Below, piece by piece: positions 26,890 to 35,340 of a stretch of DNA of 64,000 nt. Numbering within the stretch: the stretch's first letter is position 1; each line of letters opens with the position of its first letter. A program made the position numbers and the translations under genes. Location: the NCBI GenBank assembly GCA_012839765.1, contig DUMW01000009.1, positions 29,434 to 93,433 of the forward strand, given 5' to 3'. The notes beneath the pieces were generated by a model that worked only from the letters and a program-made list of their open reading frames with translations, was not told the origin of the DNA and ran no database searches. Source of the stretch: Bacillota bacterium. GTDB taxonomy: Bacteria > Bacillota > Limnochordia > DUMW01.

Positions 26890-29361
26890 GTGTTGGTGAT
26901 AAAAGTGAACAAATGGCAATTAATAAAATATGGTTTGTTGGTGCTGTGGATGGGAGTTTCGTTCATGTTTGTGGAAGTGGAGGCGGCTATGGTGCAGCAG
27001 GATGTGATAAGACAGTCCAGTAGTACCGCCTGTTACTTTGCCCCGGGGGAAGGCTCTATTCCGGGGGTGAAGGTGATGATCGAATCGGATCGTTGTATCT
27101 CCATCAATATGGTTAATGTGCAGCTTAGTCCCGAGGAGGTGGAGCGAAATCATTGGTACACCTTGACTGCGCAGGAGGATGAGGCTTACCGGCAACAGGT
27201 GCACCCACAGTCCGTATCTTTCCGGCGCCGGGTTTCCGATGTGTCACTGCGGACCAATCGGGTGGAAATCGGCAGTCATATTTTCTTATTATTCGACGAG
27301 CCCCTGCGAGAGGGAGTTACATATGAGCTGACTGTCTCGGCAGATTTCCCAGTTGCTATTCAGCCGGTGAAGATCTTGTTTTTACCCGAGGCCAATGTGA
27401 CCGAAAACATCCGGGTGAACCAAGTGGGGTATTTCCCTCAGATGCCGAAATATGCCATTGTGGGGCAATATATTGGCAGCCTTGGTCCCTTACCCTTGGA
27501 GCTGGAGGAGTTCTTCCTGATCCGGGAGTCCGACGGCAAGGCGGTATACAAGGGCCAGGCGGAGCTTCTTCGGGATCATGACCCCCACACGGGACAGAAA
27601 CTATACAAATTGGACTTCAGTGGTTTTACTACCCCGGGAACCTACCGGGTACTCGTGCTTCAAGTGGGCGTATCCTTTCCCTTCCGCATTGCCGATGATG
27701 TCCTGAACCATGTGGGTGCCACTCTCCTGCGTGGACTGGTGACGCAACGTTGCGGCTATGACGGTTTGACCGAAGATTTCACCAGGTTTGCCCGACCCGC
27801 CTGCCACACCGATGATGCGTACTTGGATCCAGCGTCTTTGTTGGCGGTGACTCCGGCTAATCCGCCCCACTTGAGCGCTAACTACGACCAGATTCGGCAG
27901 ATTCCGACCACCAAGGGCCACCACGATGCGGGGGATTATGGCAAATATGTGGTGAATGGCTGCACCTTCGTCTACAGCCTGCTGCAGATGCTGTCCTTGA
28001 ACTCCAATCTGGCTGGTGATGACTATGGTTTGCCCTTCAGCCAAAACGGAATTCCCGATGTGCTGGAGGAAGTGAAGTGGGAACTAGACTGGCTGGAGAC
28101 CATGCAGGACCCCGATGATGGCGGTGTCTTTTCCATTGTGAAACCTAGGGGATTTGGGTACGAGTCGGATTTGCCGGCGGTGGTGGGCAATCGGTGGATT
28201 TATCCCAAGGATACGGTGACCACGGCCACTTTTGCTGCTGCCTTGGCCCATGCTGCCCGTCATCCATTAATCAAGCAGTATTATCCAGAGGATGCTGAGC
28301 GTTACCTGGAGAAGGCGCAGTTTGCCTGGTCCTACCTTGCAGCCACCGATCATTACCCGGAGTTTCATCACTATGGAGCCATCTGGGGTGATGCTGATGA
28401 TCGGGTATGGGCGGCGGTGGAGCTTTACCTGACTACGGGGAAGGAAGTCTACCACGAGTATTTCCTACTGAACCACCGACCTGAGGAACGACGCTGGGGT
28501 TGGGTACCTTTGTTTGCGAGCTACGGCAACGCCACCCGTTCCTATGTCCTGGATCAGGGTCAGCCCAAGGATGAACGGATGCTCCAACGTTGTCTCAACG
28601 AGCTGCGACGGACCGCGGAGACCTTCGTACGAAATACCGTCCAAAGGGGTTACGGATTTTCCATGGATAACGAGCCCCTTCGACACGGGAGCTACGGCTG
28701 GTATTTCCCTACCTCTGAACATGCTTATGATCTGCTTCTGGCCTACGAGGTTTTCGGAGACAGCCGGTATCTGGAGACGGCCCTAGCCAATATGAACTAC
28801 GAGTTGGGAGTTAACGCCCAATCCTATGTACAGATCACCGGATTGGGCTGGAAACGGGTAATGGATCTGGTGGACCAGCAGCATCGTTATGGTGATTTCT
28901 TTGAGCCCCGGGTGGGCCTACCCCTGGGTGCGGGCAGCAGTGGGATTTACCACATTGCCCATCTGGGTGACCTGGAACCCCATACCTACCCGGCCAACTA
29001 TCCCTTGCTGGCCCGGTTCTACGAAGGGTGGAATGTGCAGTCCGAGTTTACCCTCGACGCCTGGGCCCGGATCACTGCCAGTTATCTATACTTTTACAAG
29101 GACAAGGGTACGGTCAATCAGCCGCCGACCCTTGAGGTGGAGTACACTGTGGATCCCAAAGTGCCTGGTCTGATACATTTCCACGCCAAAGCTTCCGACC
29201 CCGATGGAGAGGTGGTGTCCCTGTTCTGGGACTTTGACGATGAAGCCTGGGCCCTTGGGTCAGAGGTAAGCCATCAGTTTAGCCGTCCGAGCCGGAACTA
29301 TCGTGTTTTGTCCGCGCTGTGGATAACGATGGTGGATACACCTATCAATACTTGGAGGTAA
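26890..29361 (+). CDS. GH9-family glycosidase with N-terminal Ig-like (CelD_N) domain and C-terminal PKD domain; frame broken near 29300
   Basis: IRVNQVGYFPQMPKYAIV (CelD_N-like) and GHHDAGDYGKY (GH9 DAGD signature). C-terminal PKD-like sequence DPDGEVVSLFWDFDDEAW…. Homology continues in another frame (RAVDNDGGYTYQY…) into the 29319 ORF. The start is uncertain (GTG at 26890 or 26905). Confidence 0.6.
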   Translation: MLVIKVNKWQLIKYGLLVLWMGVSFMFVEVEAAMVQQDVIRQSSSTACYFAPGEGSIPGVKVMIESDRCISINMVNVQLSPEEVERNHWYTLTAQEDEAYRQQVHPQSVSFRRRVSDVSLRTNRVEIGSHIFLLFDEPLREGVTYELTVSADFPVAIQPVKILFLPEANVTENIRVNQVGYFPQMPKYAIVGQYIGSLGPLPLELEEFFLIRESDGKAVYKGQAELLRDHDPHTGQKLYKLDFSGFTTPGTYRVLVLQVGVSFPFRIADDVLNHVGATLLRGLVTQRCGYDGLTEDFTRFARPACHTDDAYLDPASLLAVTPANPPHLSANYDQIRQIPTTKGHHDAGDYGKYVVNGCTFVYSLLQMLSLNSNLAGDDYGLPFSQNGIPDVLEEVKWELDWLETMQDPDDGGVFSIVKPRGFGYESDLPAVVGNRWIYPKDTVTTATFAAALAHAARHPLIKQYYPEDAERYLEKAQFAWSYLAATDHYPEFHHYGAIWGDADDRVWAAVELYLTTGKEVYHEYFLLNHRPEERRWGWVPLFASYGNATRSYVLDQGQPKDERMLQRCLNELRRTAETFVRNTVQRGYGFSMDNEPLRHGSYGWYFPTSEHAYDLLLAYEVFGDSRYLETALANMNYELGVNAQSYVQITGLGWKRVMDLVDQQHRYGDFFEPRVGLPLGAGSSGIYHIAHLGDLEPHTYPANYPLLARFYEGWNVQSEFTLDAWARITASYLYFYKDKGTVNQPPTLEVEYTVDPKVPGLIHFHAKASDPDGEVVSLFWDFDDEAWALGSEVSHQFSRPSRNYRVLSALWITMVDTPINTWR

Positions 29362-29816
29362 ATCCCTCGACGGAGGAAAACACCGGACCCTTTGTGGTCT
29401 ACGAGGACCAGTTTGATACCAGCGCGGGGTTGATGCCCCAGGGGGAAGCGGGCGTGGAGATTGTGGATGGTAAGGCCGTCCTTACAGGCAGGTCCTTAGA
29501 TCCTGACTATGTGGTGATCGGACCGGTGAAAGTGGACTTTGATCAGGGTTTAACCATTGAATTTGTGGTTTCCGAAGTGACCCCTGGTGCTCATTGGAAT
29601 TTTAACATTGGGTTCAAAGAAAACTGGTGGAACGGACCCCACATGAGGCCCTACGGTACTGATATGATCTTCTTCCCCCGGCACGTGATCAGTAGCATGA
29701 ACCAACTGGCCAGCAACCAGGTGGGCGGTCTGAGTGGTGAACAGACCCTGTGGTTCACCTTTGATGTACGGAACGGTTCCATCACTGTGGACTATCTGAG
29801 AATAACGGCCGAATAG
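29319..29816 (+). CDS. C-terminal continuation of the GH9 protein: end of the PKD domain plus one copy of an unassigned ~140 aa 'family B' domain
   Basis: Reading upstream in this frame gives …SVRAVDNDGGYTYQYLEV, a typical PKD strand. The family-B domain matches both repeats of gene 32128..33069 (GPVKVDFDQGLTIEFVVSEVTPGAHWNFNIGFKENWWNGPHMRPYGTDMIF…FDVRNGSITVD). Confidence 0.5.
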   Translation: MDNDGGYTYQYLEVNPSTEENTGPFVVYEDQFDTSAGLMPQGEAGVEIVDGKAVLTGRSLDPDYVVIGPVKVDFDQGLTIEFVVSEVTPGAHWNFNIGFKENWWNGPHMRPYGTDMIFFPRHVISSMNQLASNQVGGLSGEQTLWFTFDVRNGSITVDYLRITAE

Positions 29817-29910
29817 GCTGTAGGTTGATTCTCTATGGCGGTATTGTGGGTCCGAGTATACCGGGAAGGGCTTTATCCGTTTAGTGACTATTATGGAAAG
29901 GAGATTTCCC

Positions 29911-30537
29911 ATGCACCGAGTGGTCCCGTTGGTCATGCTGCTATTAGTGCTTCCTTGCTGGGTTGCGGCGGAAGAACTGATCTACTTCACTGACTTCTCT
30001 AGCGATGTCTCCGCAGATTGGTATTTGAACGGCCCAGAGATTTCCCGCGAGGGTATGAGCTTTGATGGCGGCTGGGGTGTTTACCGGTGGGCTCAACTGA
30101 GGGAAGGGCTTGTGAAACTCAGTGACGTGACGATTGAGGTGGAGGTTGTGGATATCCGCACAGGTAATGAAAACGCCTTCGTGGAGATTGCGGGGAGGAC
30201 CCATGATCCCTTGCTGGCTGGGGAACGGACCAGTGGAGTGGCGGTACGGGTCTTCGGGAAAGGCCCTAGCAATGCAAAGATGGTGCTATATGACAACGGT
30301 GTGGAGATTGCCACCGTGCAGACGGAACTGTTTCATTGGCAGTATGAGAATACCTTTGTCCTGTCTCTGGTGTTGAGTGGTAATAAGGCAATGGCCACGG
30401 TGACCCGACTTCGGGATGGGGCCAGTTGGCAAGTGAGTGGGACTATCACTAAAAGCCTTGGTCCAGGAAATGTGCGTATTCAAGGGCGAGCCTACAACGA
30501 AGGGCCGCTCGTAACCAAAGTGACGGTGAGACAGTAG
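29911..30537 (+). CDS. Secreted protein consisting of the unassigned family-A domain (full-length paralogue of 23791)
   Basis: Signal peptide MHRVVPLVMLLLVLPCWVAAEE, followed by FTDFSSDVSADWYLNGPEISREGMSFDGGWGVYRWAQL…NAFVEIAGRTHDPLLAGERTSGVAVRVFG…. AAGGAG RBS before ATG 29911. Confidence 0.6.
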   Translation: MHRVVPLVMLLLVLPCWVAAEELIYFTDFSSDVSADWYLNGPEISREGMSFDGGWGVYRWAQLREGLVKLSDVTIEVEVVDIRTGNENAFVEIAGRTHDPLLAGERTSGVAVRVFGKGPSNAKMVLYDNGVEIATVQTELFHWQYENTFVLSLVLSGNKAMATVTRLRDGASWQVSGTITKSLGPGNVRIQGRAYNEGPLVTKVTVRQ

Positions 30538-30830
30538 GCGACGTACTTGTTCCCGGTCAGGGGTAAGGCGGAACCCCTGACCATCCTCAGACTACTGCTC
30601 TGAGGATGGTTGGGGAAAGGGTTGGTGCAATGAAGGAAGACGGTGTTTCGGGTGGAGGCGCACACAGGTCGTGGCGGTGAGGAAAAATAGTGCTTCATCG
30701 AGTGTCAAAGGTCTTTTTCGTAGTTATCATACCAAAATACAAGGGGTAATCATCCCATGGGTAGGTTGGTTTGCAGGCTAGTTCTGGTGTTTAAAGGCGA
30801 AGAGTCAAAATGAAAAAGGAGGGCTAATCC

Positions 30831-32084
30831 ATGTTCAAGCGGTTATTCTACATCGGGTTGTTGGGTATGGTGGTGCTGGCTGTCGTGCCGGTGATGGCCG
30901 AACAGATGGAGATCACCGTTTTGGAAAATGTGCTGGAGGGGTTGGAACCGGAGGAGATCGTTGCGGAGTTTGAGGCCCTGTATCCGCAAATTAAGGTCAA
31001 TTTAGTCCAAAGCCCAGATATGAACCTCCAGGAAACCTTGACCACCTGGTTGCTGGGTGGAATTGCTCCGGACATCTTTGTGGGTTGGCGGGTCTTTCCC
31101 ATTGAGTGGGCTCTGAATGGCTTTCTGTTGGAACTGGATCCGTATATTGAGAAATATATGACTGATGAGGACATTGCCGAATACGCGCCGGCCCAGTACC
31201 AGTTCATCAATGTGCAGGGTAAGCAGTATGGGATTCCTAAGTACATGGGAACCGTAGCCACTTATTACAACCGCCGGTTGTTTGCCGAGGCAGGTATCCC
31301 CGAGCCTACCCGGGACACCTGGACCTGGGAGACTCTGCGGAATACGGCCATGAAACTGACTGTCCGAGACGGAATGGAGATCAAACGATATGGCTTTTTC
31401 ACCCTTTATAACTATGATCGGATAAACTACTGGATCCGGCAAGGCGGTGGGTACATTCAACGTCCTGATAGACCTAACGAGGTAGCCATCAACGAACCGG
31501 AGGCCTTGGCAGCATTGGAATTCCTCTACCGGTTGGCCCATGAGGACCAGGTGTACCTGATAGACTGGTGGCCTGCGGATGAAAAGTTTGCGGGAGAACA
31601 TTTGGCAATCTGGGAAGAGGGTGTTTGGAGTCTGAAGCGGATTTGTGACACCGGCATGGATCCCAGTCATATCGGTATTTGTGAGCTGGCGGTGGGACCG
31701 GGGGGAAGAGCCTCTTTGGTAAACAATGATGTCTTTGTGGTCAATTCCGGTGCTAAACATCCTGAAGCGGCCTTCCTGTTCTTGCGCTTCATCACTAGTC
31801 CCGAGATCAATGCGCGGCGGGCCCAAAGTGGATTGGTGCCAGCCACCCGTTCCACTGCTGGATCTTGGATCCAGTACGCGGCGGATACCTTTAAGCTGCC
31901 CGCACAGCACCTGATGTCCTTCATTTACGCGGCAGATTACGCGTATACGGCACCAATCTTCAACAATCAGGGTCTAGTGGACCAATATTTCAAGGAGATC
32001 TGCGATCGGATCTTTGTCTTTGGTGAGTCACCAACGGGGGTGATCAATTCCGTAATCTCTGCCCTCAATGCTATTGTCAAGTGA
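30831..32084 (+). CDS. ABC transporter extracellular solute-binding protein, family 1 (sugar-binding), orphan
   Basis: Signal peptide (no lipobox Cys). ~417 aa with a family-1 SBP sequence pattern. No permease or ATPase genes follow. Confidence 0.65.
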   Translation: MFKRLFYIGLLGMVVLAVVPVMAEQMEITVLENVLEGLEPEEIVAEFEALYPQIKVNLVQSPDMNLQETLTTWLLGGIAPDIFVGWRVFPIEWALNGFLLELDPYIEKYMTDEDIAEYAPAQYQFINVQGKQYGIPKYMGTVATYYNRRLFAEAGIPEPTRDTWTWETLRNTAMKLTVRDGMEIKRYGFFTLYNYDRINYWIRQGGGYIQRPDRPNEVAINEPEALAALEFLYRLAHEDQVYLIDWWPADEKFAGEHLAIWEEGVWSLKRICDTGMDPSHIGICELAVGPGGRASLVNNDVFVVNSGAKHPEAAFLFLRFITSPEINARRAQSGLVPATRSTAGSWIQYAADTFKLPAQHLMSFIYAADYAYTAPIFNNQGLVDQYFKEICDRIFVFGESPTGVINSVISALNAIVK

Positions 32085-32127
32085 TGGCGATAAGAGAATC
32101 GATGGCTTGGACGAAAGGAGACTTCCT

Positions 32128-33069
32128 ATGCGTAAACTTGTGGTTTTGGTCTTACTCGTAGTGGCACTCTCGGGGTGGTGCCGGGCTGCGGAACCGGTGG
32201 TAGTTTTTGAGGAAACCTTTTCCTCTACCAAGGGATGGGGAACTGATCACGGGGGCACTGTTGAGGTGGTGGACCACAAAGGTGTGTTTGGGGGAGGGGC
32301 GGATAAGGAAGGTACGATCTTCACCGTGGCACCGATCAGGGTCGACTTGGATGAGGGGTTGACCTTTGAGGTGGTGGTTTCCGAGGTGGAACCGGGTGCC
32401 CAATGGCGGATCATGATGGGAGCCGGGGAAGGCTGGTGGTCCGCCCCTAATTTCCACGTGGATACCTGGCGTCCCTCCACCGAACCGGAGGAAAGGTCTG
32501 TGGACATTACCGCTTTGGCTGCGGAGGTCGGCCTTTCCGGTCCCCAGGACCTTTGGATCGTGTTTTGGGTGAAAGACGGGCGGATTACTGTGGAACAGTT
32601 GCGACTGATCAGTCGCGAACCGAAGCCGGTGGCTTCCAAGGATCCGGAGCTGGTCTTTGAGCAAGACTTCGTCTCTTCCTTGGGTGTGTCCGCCTATGAT
32701 GGGGCCGAGTACCGAGTGGAACAGCAGAAGGGGATTATGAAGAATTCGAGTATGGATCCGGCCTATGTGGTCTTTGGTCCTGTCCTTGTTGATCTGGATG
32801 AGGAACTGACCCTGGATTATAGTATTGTCCACATTACTCCGGGGGCCATGTGGAACCTTAATATTGGCTATAAAGAACAGTGGTGGCAGGGACCTCACCT
32901 GCGACCCTATGGCACAGATATGATCTTCAGCCTACGGAGTGGCTCGGTGAACCTCTCGACATTGGCTAGAAAAGAGGGTCTTGCCGGTGAGCAACGTCTC
33001 TATTTTGTCTTCGATGTACGTAACGGCGAAATTACTATAGATAGTTTTCGGATCCTTAAAAACCAATGA
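32128..33069 (+). CDS. Secreted protein made of two tandem copies of the unassigned family-B domain
   Basis: Signal peptide MRKLVVLVLLVVALSGWCRAAEP. The two ~140 aa repeats share the pattern GPV/I-VDLDEGLT-E-VVSEV-PGA-W…W…FDVRNG-IT-D with each other and with the GH9 C-terminus. Confidence 0.6.
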   Translation: MRKLVVLVLLVVALSGWCRAAEPVVVFEETFSSTKGWGTDHGGTVEVVDHKGVFGGGADKEGTIFTVAPIRVDLDEGLTFEVVVSEVEPGAQWRIMMGAGEGWWSAPNFHVDTWRPSTEPEERSVDITALAAEVGLSGPQDLWIVFWVKDGRITVEQLRLISREPKPVASKDPELVFEQDFVSSLGVSAYDGAEYRVEQQKGIMKNSSMDPAYVVFGPVLVDLDEELTLDYSIVHITPGAMWNLNIGYKEQWWQGPHLRPYGTDMIFSLRSGSVNLSTLARKEGLAGEQRLYFVFDVRNGEITIDSFRILKNQ

Positions 33070-33122
33070 GAGAGAAGGGGAGGGTTTCTCCCCTTCTCTC
33101 TACAGCAGGGGAGGCCGCAGGG

Positions 33123-35294
33123 ATGAAGACTGAGTTGCGCAATCTGAAGGGAAGGGTTGTCATCTATGTGGATGGGCATCCCTACCATGGGATATTTTGC
33201 TCCAGTTCCGCCCAACACGTGGACAACTTCTTGGACGCGGGCTTTCAAGTGATTGATACCCATCCCGGCACACCTTTGGGCTGGCTCGATCTGGATACCT
33301 TTGATTATTCCACTACCGACCGGAAAATTCGTTCCTACTTGGAGAAGAAGCATGATGCTCTACTCATTGTTCGGTTTTGGTTAGGCTACGACGACCTTTC
33401 CCAACCGGGTCACTGGTGGTTGAAGAGATTTCCCCAGGACTTGACAGTCACCTACCATGGTTCAACACGCCCTAGCTTTCCTACCTTTGCTTCACAGCAA
33501 TGGCAAAGGGCTGCAGCTCGTGCGTTGCATAACGTGATTAGCTATCTTGAGGAGAAATACTCCGATAGAATATTTGCCTATGTACCGGGGGGAGGACCGT
33601 GCGGCGAGTGGTTCCACTGGTTTACCTATTGGCTGGAGTCTAACCAGGATCCAGATGACTACAGTGAACCTATGCGTAGAGGCTTTGCGGAGTACTTGGC
33701 GGATCTGTACCAGGGGAACATCGAGGCCTTGAACCATAGCTGGCATACCACTTTTGGGTCCTTCGACGAGATCACCCTTCCTACACCGAAACAACGCACC
33801 ACTCCCCTGTGGGGTAGTCTACGAGATCCGTACCGGGAACGTTTTGTCCTGGATTTTTACCAATATTACAATGGTCTGGTAGCCGATGTTTTGATTCAAT
33901 GGAGTAAGGCGGCCAAAGAAGCCACGAAGTTTCAAAAACTGGTTTTTGTCTTTTATGGTTATCAATGGGTGTCCAGCGCACGGCACAGTCTGGCTCGGTC
34001 CGGGCACCTGGATTTAGCCCGGATTCTCCAGTGTGACTTCATCGATGGCATTGTAGCCCCGTACATTTATGACTGCCGTAAGCTTGGCGGGGTGGTCTCC
34101 TCCCAGACCGTGCCGGGTTCAGTTAGGCAGGGAAAAAAGCTCTTGATTAACGAACTAGATTTGGTCACCCACCGGGGCCAGGGGTGGATGTATCCGGCCA
34201 AGCAGCCTTCCACTGCCCAGGAGACCGTGGAGATCATGAAACGGGATCTGGCCTATAGTCTAGCTCAGGGAGCTGCCTGTTGGTTCATGGATCTCCACGG
34301 AGGCATGTTCGACGATCCGGAGCTCATCGCTGGCTTGCGCCAGGTGCGGGAGGTGGGGGAAGAACTGTGGCTGAAGGTGGGAGAACCCCAGGGGGAAGTG
34401 GCGGTCATCCTTCACGAACAGGCCAGTTTGTACTTCGGGGAGGGAGAACCCTTCTTGGCGCCCCTATTTAACTTGTTCAAGGTTTGGGAACTGGAGCGGA
34501 TGGGACTGCCCTTTGTGGATTTGGTCCTCTCCAGTCTGGCGGACCATCCTAAAGACTACAAAGTATACATCATCCCCAATGCCGTCTTCTTGTCGGATGA
34601 AGAACGGCGGTTGATTAAGGAAAGGTGTTGTACCAAAGGAAACACTGTCATTTGGTGCTATGCTGCAGGGGTCCTGGATCGGGAACATTTCTCCATTGCC
34701 CTGATGGAGGAATTGACAGGCATGAGGCTGGGTTATACGATGGAGCCGGGGGAGCTTACCGTCAGCCTTACTAACGAAGTCCACCCCTATTTAGAAGGTC
34801 TGTCACCCGGATTGACCTATGGGACCAAAGGTTCCTATCTTTGTCCAGAGGAGATCAGGGAGCAGACACTCCTGAATATCTATCCGGAGCAGTTTTCCAT
34901 CGCCCCCCGGATCTGGGTGACCGACGATGCGGTCACGGTGTTGGGGACCATAGAGGATCTGCGAAAACCGGGTCTGGCCGTGAAAAGGATGCCCGGCTGG
35001 ATTTCGGTGTTCTCCGCTGCTCCCATGATCCCCAAGGAGATTCTGCGGAATATTGCCAAAGCCGCAGGCTGTCATGTGTATACGGAGTTTCCAGGACAAC
35101 TGATGGCCGCGGAGAACCTGGTGGGTTTCTATGCCCACAAGACCGGTCTCTGCCGGATTCATCTCCCTATTTTGGCCCGCGTTACCGATGCCTTTACCAG
35201 GAAGGTCATCCACGATGGCACCAAGGAAGTGGTCTTGCCGGTAAAGGAGAATACCACCACTTTGTTATATCTGGAAAAGCTGTTAGAATCCTAG
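33123..35294 (+). CDS. Putative glycoside hydrolase, GH42-like three-domain architecture (beta-galactosidase family-like); family uncertain
   Basis: ~720 aa. The central segment KDYKVYIIPNAVFLSDEERRLIKERCCTKGNTVIWCYAAGVLD resembles the GH42 trimerisation (class-I glutamine-amidotransferase-like) domain. ATG 33123 follows a GGGAGG RBS. Confidence 0.4.
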   Translation: MKTELRNLKGRVVIYVDGHPYHGIFCSSSAQHVDNFLDAGFQVIDTHPGTPLGWLDLDTFDYSTTDRKIRSYLEKKHDALLIVRFWLGYDDLSQPGHWWLKRFPQDLTVTYHGSTRPSFPTFASQQWQRAAARALHNVISYLEEKYSDRIFAYVPGGGPCGEWFHWFTYWLESNQDPDDYSEPMRRGFAEYLADLYQGNIEALNHSWHTTFGSFDEITLPTPKQRTTPLWGSLRDPYRERFVLDFYQYYNGLVADVLIQWSKAAKEATKFQKLVFVFYGYQWVSSARHSLARSGHLDLARILQCDFIDGIVAPYIYDCRKLGGVVSSQTVPGSVRQGKKLLINELDLVTHRGQGWMYPAKQPSTAQETVEIMKRDLAYSLAQGAACWFMDLHGGMFDDPELIAGLRQVREVGEELWLKVGEPQGEVAVILHEQASLYFGEGEPFLAPLFNLFKVWELERMGLPFVDLVLSSLADHPKDYKVYIIPNAVFLSDEERRLIKERCCTKGNTVIWCYAAGVLDREHFSIALMEELTGMRLGYTMEPGELTVSLTNEVHPYLEGLSPGLTYGTKGSYLCPEEIREQTLLNIYPEQFSIAPRIWVTDDAVTVLGTIEDLRKPGLAVKRMPGWISVFSAAPMIPKEILRNIAKAAGCHVYTEFPGQLMAAENLVGFYAHKTGLCRIHLPILARVTDAFTRKVIHDGTKEVVLPVKENTTTLLYLEKLLES

Positions 35295-35340
35295 GTTCCT
35301 GAGTTCTCGCGAGTCTGTTGTGAGAAGGGAGGGCGGAGGT

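Noticed and set aside
31002-31910. Long antisense ORFs (e.g. 31002-31910 -, 32152-32898 -, 39532-40476 -, 44252-45178 -, 7370-8071 -) opposite well-supported genes
   Set aside because: Each overlaps a + strand gene with clear family motifs. Their translations are low-complexity and Pro/Arg/Gly-rich, typical of GC-rich antisense frames. I did not report them as genes.
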